Assembly: GCA_010909165.1 (NCBI GenBank)
Contig: VJWM01000116.1
Span: forward strand, 124,001 to 188,000
From: Anthoceros angustus
Lineage: Eukaryota; Plantae; Anthocerotophyta
Length of the DNA: 64,000 bases
Direction of reading: 5' to 3'
Shown here: positions 1 through 12,548 of the stretch, one piece after another
Numbering within the stretch: the first letter of the stretch is position 1
How the letters are laid out: every line of letters starts with the position of its first letter
Position numbers and translations under genes: made by a program
The notes under the pieces: generated by a model
What the model was told of the DNA's origin: nothing
The model's database searches: none
What the model saw: the letters and a program-made list of their open reading frames with translations, nothing else

Positions 1-3000
1 ACTCGCTCGCGCTATGCACTCGCCCGCTATGCACTCCGCGTGCTCGTGCTCCGTGCTCGTGCTCGCGTGCTCCGTGCTCCGTGCTCCGTGCTCCGTGCTC
101 GTGCTCCATGTTCTTCGCCCGTGCTCCCCCGCCCGTGCTCGTGCTCGTGCTCGCGTGCTCGCGTGCTCGTGCTCCGCGTGCTCCGTGCTCGTGCTCCATG
201 CGCCGCTCCGTGACCAAGATAAAATATATCACCCCATATTATAAATGGGTGTAAGCACTTCATAGGAAATATGGAGGCTTTAAAAGAAGAGAATGCCACT
301 TGGACTTTCTAACATATCCTTGTCCTTATCAAATGTATGCATGGATAGGAATTTCTTTTGTGGTTGCGTGGGAATGCCGAGAAATATGTGCATAGAATCA
401 CCTATACAATAGATCCCCAACCTATTCACTTTGCAATTCAAGGGTTTGAGAGATTTTCATATTACATACTAGTTATGTACATAGACCTTTACATGTTTCG
501 GTAAGTCGAGGAATTAGCGTACCCATAGTAATAGAGATGGTGCACGATGTTATCCTTCATGGGGCTTTGGATTGCTAGCCGAAAACACTTAAATGATGTG
601 CCACCATGGATGTAAGCGGTGGTTTCTCTGGCGAGAATGGGTTTACAACTTACAGTTGCATTGGCAAGCGATAAGCTATGAAGGGCACATTTCTTCAGCT
701 TATTTTTGACATAGTTTTCTACTTCCAAAATTTTACGCTATGACATTGGTCCATATATCAAGGATGGTGGACTAAAATTATCGAAAGAAGAGCAATTCCT
801 GGAACATATGATATGTTTGTAAGCACTTCATAGGAAATATGGAGGCTTTAAAAAGAAGCAGAGATGGGAAGACCCATCTACCCCAAGCCGATGGGGAACA
901 ACCCACAAGAGGGCCGGAGGCCAAGGGGGCTAGCCCTCACAAATGTCGAACCTGTAACTATCTACCACTCCAAGAATGTCGTGGTCTGAGATAACAAAAG
1001 GCCTACCTACGACTGGTGAGGGCAAGGTAAGGCGCCCCCTCAGCCGTCACCGCCCGATTGGGCACCACACTCCTGCTTCGCGCTCCGTGCTCTACGCTTT
1101 GCACTCCTACTTCGTGCTCCGTGCTCTGCGCTATGCACTCCTGCTCTGCGCTATGCACTCCTGCTCTGCGCTCCGTGCTCCTGCTTCGTGCTCTGTGCTC
1201 TGTGCTCCGTGCTCCGTGCTCCGTGCTCCGTGCTCCGTGCTCCGTGCTCCGTGCTCCATGTTCTTCGCTCCGTGCTCCTGTGCTCTGTGCTCTGTGCTCT
1301 GTGCTCTATGCTCTGTGCTCCGGCTCCGTGCTCCGTGCTCCGTGCTCCATGCGCTTCGCTCCGTGACCAGTATAAAAATATATCACCCCATATTATAAAT
1401 GGGGTGTAAGCACTTCATAGAAGATATGGGTAAGATATATATATATTTGTCCGGTAAGCAAATATTGATGAAAGACATGATTAAGACATAGTATTTTGAG
1501 TAATTAATACACTAGGCGAGCATGAGCTTAGGCATGAGGAAGTATCTTTCCCAACCAAGTGGGGATGCATTGAGAGAAGTGCATTCCAAGGATATTAAGC
1601 ATGTGATAAGGAATGAAAGGTCCTGGTTGTAAGTGCCCCTTGGCACTTGAAATTGTATCCTGGGAGTTTTGAGCCTTTTTAGTATAAGAAGGACAGTTAG
1701 AATTTTATGAGGGCAAGTTTGAAAAGCTACCTTCCCTTCCAAGTCATGCGTCAATGTTTTTCCTGCTTTGCTGTTCTAATGGTTTCAAGTAGTGATTTTG
1801 GAGCATCTCATGCTTCACCCTCACCCTTTTGCGGAAGGTTTGCTAGGTTGGATTTTTTTTTCTTCAGCGTGCTTGCATGCTATGTGTATCCAAAGACTGG
1901 GCATGGCTCACCGACATGCTTCCGCTAGTGGCCCACTGTATTGTTGATCTTGTCTCTATTCCTCTTTATACAATGGGCTACCTTGTTGATCCTCTTTTGT
2001 GATGTCTTGGTGTGGAGTAAAGACTGGAGGCTTGTATGTGCCTCTGCTCTGCACTCCGCGTGCTCGTGCTCGTGCTCCATGCTCCCCCGCCCGTGCTCCC
2101 CCGCTCAGGCTCGTGCTCGCGCTATGCACTCCCGCGCTATGCACTCCGCCTGCGCTCCGTGCTCCGTGCTCGTGCTCCGTGCTCGTGCTCGTGCTCAGTG
2201 CTCCGTGCTCGTGCTCCGTGCTCCATGTTCTCCTGCTCCGTGCTCCATGCTCCGTGCTCGTGCTCCGTGCTCATGCTCGTGCTCGTGCTCCGTGCTCCGC
2301 GTGCTCGTGCTCCGTGCTCCATGCTCCGTGCTCCATGCGCCGCTCCGTGCTCGTGCTCGTGCTCGCGTGCTCGTGCTCCGTGCTCAGGCTCCGTGCTCGT
2401 GCTCCGTGCTCCATGCGCCGCTCCGTGACCAAGATAAAATATATCACCCCATATTATAAATGGGTGTAAGCACTCATAGAAGATATGGGTAAGATATATA
2501 TATATTTGTCCGGTAAGCAAATATTGATGAAAGACATGATTAAGACATAGTATTTTGAGTAATTAATACACGAATTAGGCGAGCATGAGCTTAGGCATGA
2601 GGAAGTATCTTTCCCAACCAAGTGGGGATGCATTGAGAAGTGCATTCCAAGGATATTAAGCATGTGATAAGGAATGAAAGGTCCTGGTTGTAAGTGCCCC
2701 TTGGCACTTGAAATTGTATCCGGAGTTTTGAGCCTTTTGGAGTATAAGAAGGACAGTTAGAATTTTATGAGGGCAAGTTTGGGGAAAAGCTACCTTCCCT
2801 TCCAAGTCATGCGTCAATGTTTTTCCTGCTTTGCTGTTCTAATGGTTTCAAGTAGTGATTTTGGAGCATCTCATGCTTCACCCTCACCCTTTTGCGGAAG
2901 GTTTGCTAGGTTGGATTTTTTGTCAGTGTGCTTGCATGCTATGTGTGTATCCAGCACAACAGCCGGCATGGCTCACTGACATGCTTCCGCTAGTGGCCCA

Positions 3001-3905
3001 CTGTGTATTGTTTGGCTGATCTTGTCTCTATTCCCTCTTTATACAATGGGCTACCTTGTTGATCCTCTTTTGTGATGTCTTGGTGTGGAGTAAAGACTGT
3101 AGGATTGCTGTTGTATGTGCCTCTGCGCTCTGCACTCCTGCTCCGCGCTCCGTGCTCCATGCTCCGTGCTCTGTGCTTTGTGCTCTTCGCTCCGTGACCA
3201 GCGTAAAAACATATCACCCCATATTATATATGGGGTGTAAGCACTTCATAGAAGATATGAGTAAGATATATATATATTTGTCTGGTAAGCAAATGTTGAT
3301 GAAAGACATGATTAAGACATAGTATTTTGAGTAATTAATACATGGAACTATTAGGCAGAAGCATGAGCTTAGGCATGAGGAAGTATCTTTCCCAACCAAG
3401 TAGGGATGCATTGAGAGAAGTGCATTCCAAGGATATTAAGCATGTGACAAGGAATGAAAGGTCCTAGTTGTAAGTGCCCCTTTGGCACTCTGAAACTGTA
3501 TCTGGGAGTTTTGAGGCTTTTGGAGTATAAGAAGGACAGTTAGACTAAATTTTATGAGGGGCGAACAATCGAGCAAGTTTGGGGAAAAGCTACCTTCCCT
3601 TCCAAGTAATCGCATGCTACAATGTTTTTCCCGCTTCTTTATTCGATGGTTTCAAGTAGTGATTTTGGAGCATCTCATGCCTCACCTCACTCTTTTGCGT
3701 AAGGGTTGCTAGTTTGGATTGTTCGAGCATACTTGCATGCTATGTGTGTATCCAAAGACACCACCGGCATGGCTCAGTATGCTTCCGCTAGTGGCCCACT
3801 ATGTATTATTTGATCTTGTCTCTACTCCCTCTCTATACAACGGGCTACCTTGCAGATCCTCTTTTGTGATGTCTTGGTGTGGAGTAAAGATTGTAGGATT
3901 GCTGT
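1..3905. repeat. Tandem array of a ~1.05-kb unit (about 3 copies plus a partial one), each with a (GTGCTC/GTGCTCC)n tract
   Basis: CCGTGACCA..ATATCACCCCATATTATA recurs at ~208, ~1361, ~2422 and ~3192. Downstream blocks such as GAAAAGCTACCTTCCCTTCCAAGT and TGATGTCTTGGTGTGGAGTAAAGA recur at ~1.05-kb spacing. Microsatellite tracts lie at 1-210, ~1070-1365, ~2040-2425 and ~3118-3195. Confidence 0.95.
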
Positions 3906-4268
3906 TGAGTTATCAAACATTAGGATGCCTCGAACTCCCAAGCCAATCACCAAGCAGCGAGGACAAACACTTGCTAGAACTCACTATCCTTCTTGTTCTT
4001 TCTATCTCAAAACATGATGATGGAAGCTGCTTGTGCAGGATGCTAATTTTCTTTCTAGTCTAACCAGGCACAAGGCACCGGGTCACTAGTCGTCCTTGCC
4101 TTTGCTGCTGAATAATGCGTTGTTCTGCCTCGAGTGCGTGAATAGAAAAGCGCGAATACTCATATGATTGCCATTTTCGTCACACACAACAAAATTCATT
4201 TTCAAATATTCATTTTGTCATCCCACCCACAATAACCGCCCTTCCGCCTATTTCACATGAGCCTTGAC

Positions 4269-4316
4269 GGAAATCCGTCCTTAGTGGACTTAAAAAGAAT
4301 TCTTCTTCTTCTTCTT
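4269..4316 (+). mobile_element. Dispersed short repeat ending in (TTC)n, copy 1; possible 3' end of a non-LTR retroelement
   Basis: GGAAATCCGTCCTTAGTGGACTT..(TTC)n; homologous copies at 44425-44472 (-) and 57529-57583 (+). Confidence 0.5.
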
Positions 4317-4604
4317 GAAGCCTTGGCAGTAGCGTGTCTCCCCCAGAAGTTCATAATTTGGAACTTTTCCAAAATACGGAGTTTGATTAAGGAGGAATTG
4401 GAGCGTTATTTGTGATATCAAAAGCGCATGGGGACATCTAGCCTTCATATGTCGCCATTGTGCGACACATGCTAGCGGGTCAGAGCCACGGGTCATTGGG
4501 ATGGACATTTAATGCTCATGCTCGGGAAGTTGGTGTGTGCACAGATTTCCACACCCACACCTCGTTGTTGCTCCACTTCATCTCGTTCTGGCGAGAGCTG
4601 GAAA

Positions 4605-5884
4605 ATGGAGCGTGTAATGCTCCTGTATGCGGTGAAGGGGAGCAACGATGGCCTCACCGGCAGCAGCGCTGCGAGCTCAAATGAGTGCCGCATGGATGCG
4701 GCACTTTGGGAGGGCCTGCCCGAAGACATCCGTGAGAGAGTGCTGATGAGGGTTCCGGCGTCAGCTCAATTCCGATTCCGGACGGTGTGCAAGGCCTGGC
4801 GAGCCGTGCTCTCGGCTCCGCAGTTTCTCTCTCGGCAGATGGCCAACTTCCCCCGGGACAGTGCGGCTCTCACGCCTGCCATCTGCGCCTTCACGATTCT
4901 GGATTGCCGCGGCATGCAGGGGAAGGGGCGGTGCAGCGCGGCATGGTCCTCGCTGGTGTCCTCGCTCTTCTTCAAACCGGATCTTGGGGTGCTGCCGGCC
5001 AAATTCCATCGCCTGTACGTCCCGCATTGGTGCTCGGATTGTGACAAGATTGTGTCCAACCACGGCCTGCTCTGCTTCTGCCTAGGAGGGAGGAGCAGGT
5101 TCGAGCTCTGCGTCCTCAACCCCATGACCGGGAGGTGGAAGGAGCTGCCAGGGTTGAGCGTTCCGCAGCAGAGTTTCTGGAAAATGCAGGTGGAGGTGCT
5201 GGACAATGCGGGCTTCCATGTGGTTGTCATCTTGTGCAGCCAGTGTCGGAGCCTGTGGACAGTCTGCGTTTTCTCTTCTCACACGGGATGTGGAGGATTA
5301 CCCGAGGACAGAACGCTCCCGGAGTACTCTTCAGCAAGTGGACAAACAGCGCGCTGGTTCTGGCCGACGGCAGGCTGTACGGATGGGATTCCAGCGGCCT
5401 GCACATGACCATTCATAGCGTAGCCAGTGCCGCGCTCCTGGTCCACTGCAACAGGTCGCTTCCCGTTGCCGGGGAGCGCAACGGCTGCTGCGACCACCAC
5501 GTTGTGCAGCATCGAGGGTTGGTTTACTTTGTCACAAGTGGAGACAACTTCTGTTACCGCATCTTCAAGCTGGAAGAGCGGGGCTGGATGTGGAAGCCAA
5601 TCGCGGAGTTACCAGACAAGATGCACCGCAGAATGCTGCGAGATTTCTGTGTCTCTTTGTTGAAACCACGGCATTGCACCGTCGTCGGTGACTTTCTCTG
5701 TGTTGTAATGGGGGTAAAAGAAGGCATAGGGGACCCTCCTAGAAGCAGAAGTCGCATGCTTGCCTATCACATCGTGGAGCAGTCGTGGCATTTGTTCCTC
5801 AATGACCAGCTGCAGGACGAACATCCTTTACACAACTTTATTACGCTCCGGTTCTTCAAACCTAGATTTGATCTGCTCCCTTGA
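4605..5884 (+). CDS. F-box protein with kelch/FBA-like C-terminus (intronless; one frameshift near 5285)
   Basis: F-box motif LWEGLPEDIRERVLMRVPASAQFRFRTVCKAW; SNHGLLC..VLNPMTGRWKELP; typical FKPRFD end. ORFs 4512-5408 and 5135-5884 join if one G is added to the GGG at 5285-5287. Start may be 4692. Confidence 0.85.
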
Positions 5885-8642
5885 TGTACTCACTGGTCTC
5901 ACCAACTTGGGGACGTCTCTGCAAAGACTATGTTCTGCACTAAACACTCTCCTCCTTTCTGCTTGGATGTTCGTCTTGGTGCTAGAATCTGGCCACTTCT
6001 TAGCACCATGACCGACACCCAATCTGGAAGGAGGCAGAGTCCAGCGCAACAATGTGCAAAGGTATTCTAATCCATGATGCACTCCTTATCCGACCAGGAA
6101 ATGAATCTACATCCAAGCAACGAAGCTAGCAAGCATGTCGACACACGTCCTAAGCACCTACACGTCCTATGCACCTACACTGGAGCAGTGTGACACCCGT
6201 CCACTGTACACTGGAGGAGTATGCTAAACGTAGGTGACGTGAGAAAACAGAAAGCCGCTGAAAAGGAAACCCATAGAAACTAACCGGCGTTAGTGTATTA
6301 ATCCAGGCACCACAGCTTGTTCGATGAACTTTCATCGTACAATGCTGGTTCCCGCAAAAGACAATAATTCAAATATCTGGATCTTGTTTCATCAGCAGCT
6401 GGTCACCAGCAAAAGCTTGGGAGTGCAAATTTGTTGCTGTTACAGGCTTGCAAAGAACACCATGTCAAGGACTTGTCATGTCTGCTAAACGTCTGGCCAC
6501 TGCGTCAGTTTCTGCTGACTGAAAAGCCAGTTTTCACATCAGTTAGCAGACACATCCCTAACAGGAGATGCCAACCAGACAACTCGTACTTCTTTTCTGT
6601 GAGTTTGGACTTGGCCGGTAGTATTTCAAGTGAACATCCTAAGGAACCTTTTTCAGCTCTCTCAGGTATCAGATCACGCACTCTGTTTGAAGAGACCTTG
6701 TTAGGATCGACAAGAAATGCACCTAGGCAGCAGCAAGTACCTTTCTGCAAAATCAATAGCTGATTCTCCAGGTCGCAAAGTTTGAGGTTTAAGGTACCAC
6801 ACATCACAAACTACAGCCCATGATATCATCAACCCGAGTAGGTCCATAGTGAAAGATTGTCTGCAAGACCGGCCAACAGAAATTCATTAGACATTGAACA
6901 AGTGCTTCCCACTCGTTGTGCAAGGATATCCTGGCCTTATGACTTACTTCTTGCTGATCCAAAATGCATCCACAAAGATCTTGTTGTACTTGATTGCTGT
7001 GGGGCATAGTGTACAGTTGAGCTCAAATGCACCCTGATTCACAAGTCCCTGTCAGTCTGCTGCAATGCATGAACAGAACCTCATGCCAGAAAACTCTCAT
7101 CAGGGGAATAGCTGGTCAATACCCAACAACAAGTCATCCTTATCAAGTATATACATGCCTGTGCCCTACCTTTTCGACCATCACTGTGTAGTCGTGGTTG
7201 AAACAGGTGCACTTCCGGGGAGATGAGCAAAAGGATTGCTTTCAGGATCTTCCACATGCATCCTCAGTCTGGAAAAATGAATGACCACTATCAGAACAAA
7301 AGGACAAAGTCCTGCATATGCATTGGCAAACAACCGGTACTTTGATTATGTTCGGTTGAACGATATGCAACCTGAGCTTTCAAGAACTATGGTTTGGAGC
7401 AGACCTGCCGTGATAAAGAAGAATATACATGATGCTTTTGCATAATGACTGCAAATGCAGTAATCTCTCCAGGACATTGAAGCCAATTATGGATGTGTGG
7501 TTTGTCACAAACCCCTGCCTTCACGGAATATTTATTTGAAAGTGTCACACTAAAATGACTTCACGGAGTTGCACAGAACGCTAACAATACCAGTGTCCTT
7601 AATCATAGTCCAGGCGGCTTGCAGGCTTGCAAGCTTTTCTTGAGTTCCATAAGAACTTAAAATTTCTCATGGAACTCATCAAAAGCCTGCACCTATCAAA
7701 CTGATATCCACTTCTACCGCAGACTGTTGATGACCCTCCAGAGTGAAATGTACAACCATGAAAAGCATAAGGAGGATTATCCAGCCAACTACAAGCAGAC
7801 ACAGTCTGGAGACTGACTGGTATCAGTAGCAGCCATCAAGTCCCATCTCAAAACTTCAAATGGAAGCCTGGCAGGCACACAGACAGGCTCAGCTGGTTGG
7901 ACAAGTACCTTACTGGAAAAGGAACCCCAGATCTCAAAACCACTCCCAGACACCACAGAGGGAACAGGTGTGCAATCCAATTCCATGGATCTCGTGGATT
8001 CGGCTTGAAACATCTCGTAAATAAATCCAGCCAGAGATTTGCAACCAAGTTGGCCACATCTCTTCACGCACAGCCACGATCGCCAGAAGTGGCGAGGCAT
8101 CATGCTGAGAGGCCTACATCTGTGTCGCGTTAAAAGCTTCATTCAGAACTGGACTGATGTCCAGAAGATCACGTCTGAAATAGTAGTGAGTTAAGGCACT
8201 CTCCCATCAATCTGCACTCCCCCCGAAGAGCCCATGGAACGCACATGCACAATAATGATCTCATGGACGCCTTCAGGCTGAGCCCAGACAGGCTAAGCAA
8301 GAAGCAAGGATACAGCATGTCTTTGCTCTCTGGCGACCCATCATTTTCCGAGGGGGAATCGGCCAGCAGATCCTGCACTCTGCCGACGGAGATCGACTTC
8401 CGACTGGAAAAGCTTACGCAGAGACGCATCTCGGCCCTCTCTGATTCACACAACCACCCGTGCAACGCAGCACCGTGAACAAATCCGTCTGCCTCTCACT
8501 TCCTCGACCCGAGCAGCAGCAGGCAGTAGAGTTGCAACACAACTGGAAGCGGAGGTGGTGCGTCGGAAGGCTGCTGCCATCTGGAGACACCCCGTCAAGA
8601 CCCTCCTGAACCTGGGTCTCGGTGCAGGCAAGGAGATGCCAT

Positions 8643-8818
8643 GCTCCCGGGGCATCATTCAGCAAGTGGACGAGCAGCGCCCTCGTTCTGGCCGACGGCA
8701 GGCTATATGGATGGCATTCCAGCAGCCTCCATAAGACTATCACAGCGTAGCCAGTGCCACGCACCTGGTCCACTACCCAAGTGGAAAGAAGGCATGTTAC
8801 CCAATCTTCAAGCTGGAA
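8643..8818 (+). pseudogene. Deleted fragment of the neighbouring F-box gene
   Basis: GCTCCCGG..TTCAGCAAGTGGAC..AGCGC..GTTCTGGCCGACGGCAGGCT matches 5315-5450, then jumps to ATCTTCAAGCTGGAAG (5561-5576). Confidence 0.8.
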
Positions 8819-9353
8819 GTATGTCCCCCACCTCTCCACATTGTCCTTCTCGCATGCATGTTGTATGTGGAGCAGTGGAGGTTTAGATCAGCGAACGTCT
8901 TGCAGATAGTCCAAAGGAAATGTATGCGCCGGAAAGTCTGGCTACCATGGATGCAAACCCCTTGCTCGCTCACAAACCGGTTTCACACAGTATCTTACAA
9001 GTCAAGTTGTACGATGGACACAATACATTCTCAGTGAACTTCCTTCCGCATGGAGTATGACCAGCACACCGTGACCCATGCCTGGAGTTCCACGACGTAG
9101 CACACCCATAACACACGAGGTTCAAATTGTACCAATATGAAGCTTTGTCTTTACCAAGTGATCATGCAAGGTTGTCCATCCAATTGCCCACCAGCTGCAT
9201 TCAGATCTAAGTCTGTGAATTTGTGCCAGGGAGCAGCGAACGGTCCCACCGAGTGGAGACAAAGTCTTGGAAACATTGACACTTCATGGCAGCAACCTCC
9301 GTTGTTCGCTCCTCGTGGTTATCGTTGTTTGCAAAATCCCACCGAGGCTTGCG

Positions 9354-11245
9354 ATGGCACAGTCGACATCGCTGCAGGGGCTGGTCATGGTCTACTCCAG
9401 GCGTTGCCTCGCCGGTGCTAGCTCCATACATCCGTCAGCGGGTGCTTCCCTTCTGCACAAGCTCATCCGCATGGCCCTGTCCTCCCGCTCAAGGAGTGGT
9501 GTACACCGAACAGGGTCAGCCTGATCATGTCCTCAAGTAAGTGAAGACAGGTTGCAGATAGTCGGTTCTCACAAGTTCTAGACATTACTGAAGATAGGTG
9601 GGGTGTGAGCAGGGTGGAGGATCTTCCTGCCGGCGAGCTGCATGAGCAGCAAGTGTGTGTTAAGATGCTGGCTGCTCCAATAAACCCTTCAGACATCAAC
9701 AGAGTGGAAGGTATGGTTGTTGAGTGTTTGACAATCACGATGGATCAGGATTGCTGCTTCTCCAGCTAACAGCATAATGCAGGTGTGTACCCCGTGAGGC
9801 CCCCTGTTCCAGCTGTGGGTGGGAATGAGGGGGTTGGAGTCATCACGGCTGTGGGCAGTGGTGTGAAGTCCCTTGCTGTGGGTGACTGGGTTATTCCGTT
9901 CGGTTATACTCAAGGTAGCGAGAGCTTTTTCCACCATTGCATTTTTGTAGGTTTCTCAGCTTGTCCCTTTTGAACTCGATCCTTAATTCTGGTCATGGCA
10001 GGCACTTGGAGAACACATGTTGTAGCAGATGAGAGTTCATGGTCCAAGGTCCGGAATGATGTGCCTGTGGAATATGCTGCCACCGTCTCTGTCAATCCAT
10101 GCACTGCCCTAAGGATGCTTCACGATTTTGTCTCACCTGTGGCAGGTTTGTACCTGCCCGTAGCTGGCAGCACCCCTTTCATGTCGTTCTTACGGTGTGC
10201 AGTTTGCTCATTTGTGTTCAGTCTGCTGGTTTAGGAGATGTGGTCATCCAGAATGGAGCAACTAGTATGGTGGGTCAATGTGTGATCCAATTGGCCCCTC
10301 TTTTCAATCTTCAGACCATAAATATTGTGCGGGACAGGTACGTTTCCCAAGATTTGACTGTTTCCACAGGAGCATGCCAAAGGTGTCGGTTGTCAACCAA
10401 CCAAGTTTCTGACAGGCCGGACCTGGAAGAGGTGAAGTCTCACCTTAAAGCACTGGGAGCAACAGATGTTTTTTCAGAAGGCGAGCTCAATGACCATGAT
10501 AAGGCTGCCATTCTGGTAAGCAGCTCCTGTTGCCATTAAAGGTGGATCTTTCTGCAAGCGTGTAGCAATTGGTCCCTATTATTTAAGGGCCGAGAACGTT
10601 CCAGACTGGTCGAACAGCTCGCTTGGGTCTCAACTGCGTAGGCGGAACTGCTGCAACAGCGGTCTTAAAATTACTGGGGTATGCTGTTGTCTTTTTTGTA
10701 TCAAGTACCAATGGGTTTCAGACACGCCGTGTCTCTCAGTCTCGGAGGAACCCTGATTCTTGTTGCTAACAGGGAGGGTGGTACAATGGTGACATATGGA
10801 GGGATGTCGAAAAAACCTGTCACCGTTTCCACGTCATCCTTGATCTTCAAGGTTCCCTCTTTCCCATGCCAGCCTAGTCGGCACTTGTAAGCTTTTCATC
10901 AGCTCTCCGCTAATATCTTGCTCGTTTGGCAGGACGTGAAAGTTCAAGGGTTTTGGTTGAGCAAATGGGCAAGCGCGCATTCCAAGGAAGATTTTTTGGA
11001 GATGGTGAACTTTCTTCTTGCACTTGTTAAGGAGGGGAAACTGCACTATCAGTAAGTAACTGGAATGTATGTCACATCCTGAAGTCAATCGAGGGTTGTG
11101 ATCTTTATGCTGTCGTGACCTCTATGCTGTTGTGGTCTGTGTGACCAGAATGGAGAAAATTCCTTTCTCGGACTTCAACATCGCCCTTGAGAAGGCCATG
11201 GGCAAACAGGGCAGAGCCACAAAACAGCTTCTCGTCTTCGACTGA
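9354..11245 (+). CDS. MECR: Mitochondrial trans-2-enoyl-CoA/ACP reductase (multi-exon; probable indel errors)
   Basis: Exon peptides [101 protein letters not shown] and KQLLVFD*, separated by GT-AG introns. Confidence 0.92.
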
Positions 11246-11494
11246 TCTCTTTGACCCAGCTTTCTTTCAATAGTGGATCCTGGAATTTGGAAGGAAGAGT
11301 CTGGACACTCTGGAGCTCTGCGTACGAGTTCAGATGGACAGCTTCAGCTGAGGCTTCTGGAGAAGATGACGCTTGTATTGCCTGCCTCCAACCGCAAGAT
11401 TTCGCGCTGGCCACGTCTGCCTTGCATTTTTGAGTTTCAGAAGCATAACCGCTGCTTTTGTTTTGGTGGGTAGAAATTTTTTCTTTTGTGGGCT

Positions 11495-11932
11495 TTAGAG
11501 ATAAGCAGATGCGCTGTGGGCCGAGAATGAATCCAGGCAGTCGTGGGAATACAGATGGACACTTCTGGTTTTCTCTTGGGTCTCCATGAGTGTGCAGGAC
11601 GCCAGGTGTACATCCCAGTGACAACGCTGAACAGGAGTCACATCGTGGATTAGAGATAGTTGGACCATCACGGAGTGGCATATGTACAACAAGTATGCGA
11701 GTGGCTGGATGACTTCTGGAGGCGGCACCACATGGAGCGCACCTCTGTGAGCTTCTCGTCCGCGAGCACGACCTCCTTCACGCCGGCTGCGTCTCATCCT
11801 CAAGCGCTTTGACGAGCTGACGGCGTCAGCGCCGTAGGCAGCTCCGTCGCGCGTCTTCATCTTCAGGCTGGTGGCTATGCGAGTAACAAGGATGGAGAAG
11901 GTGGTCAGAATGATCTCCGTCATGGGCTCCAT
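11495..11932 (-). CDS. Hypothetical protein (hydrophobic N-terminus, Arg-rich stretch)
   Basis: 145-codon ATG ORF in GC-rich sequence; no recognisable domain. Confidence 0.25.
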   Translation of the reverse strand: MEPMTEIILTTFSILVTRIATSLKMKTRDGAAYGADAVSSSKRLRMRRSRREGGRARGREAHRGALHVVPPPEVIQPLAYLLYICHSVMVQLSLIHDVTPVQRCHWDVHLASCTLMETQEKTRSVHLYSHDCLDSFSAHSASAYL

Positions 11933-12108
11933 GCTTGTTCGTTGAGTACGCTGACAGGCAGTAGCTCGGGCGTAATGATCCTAACTATGATGGTCCATAC
12001 GAGCAGACTTTTCACCCACGTCAGGTTTAGTCGGAGTGTGGGGCGTGTTAAATCCAAGGTTCATACCCGCTTCGGCCGTGATCTGTAACAAAACCACAGC
12101 ATACAATG

Positions 12109-12548
12109 TTCTCGAGATTTGTGAGACAGAGATCAGGTCCGAGGTAATAGCCTGGTCTCACGAAAATACTTCTGAAGAAGGGGCACACACAGTTCTCCAA
12201 ACTTGTGAGACATACATCAGTCGGAGGTAATAGCTTGGTCTCACAAAAATTGCTCTGAAGAAGAAGCGAAGGCACGCACAGTTCTCCAGACTTGTGAGCC
12301 ATAGATCAGTCCGAGGTAATAGCTTGGTCTCACAAGAATAGCTCTGAAGAAAAAGCAAGGGCACACACAGTTCTCCAGACTTGTGAGACAGAGATCGGTC
12401 CGAGGTAATAGCTTGGTCTCACAAAACTAGCTCTGAAGAAGAAGCAAGGGCACACACAGTTCCCCAGACGTGTGAGACATAGATCAGTCCGAGATAGTAG
12501 CTTGGTCTCACAAAAATGGCTCTGAAGATGAAGCAAGGGCACACACAA
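12109..12548. repeat. Five tandem copies of an ~89-bp unit, each with an internal inverted repeat TTGTGAGAC..GTCTCACAA
   Basis: Units start at about 12109, 12193, 12282, 12371 and 12460 (TTCTCCAGACTTGTGAGACA...GAAGAAGCAAGGGCACACACAG). Confidence 0.95.

Noticed and set aside
14-3322. Many Cys/Ala/Arg-rich ORFs (RAPCSVL repeats)
   Set aside because: They are by-products of the stop-free GTGCTC(C) microsatellite, which is open in most frames.
12109-12548. CRISPR-like array of palindromic repeats
   Set aside because: The whole 89-bp unit repeats with no unique spacers, there are no cas genes, and the context is intron-rich eukaryotic DNA.
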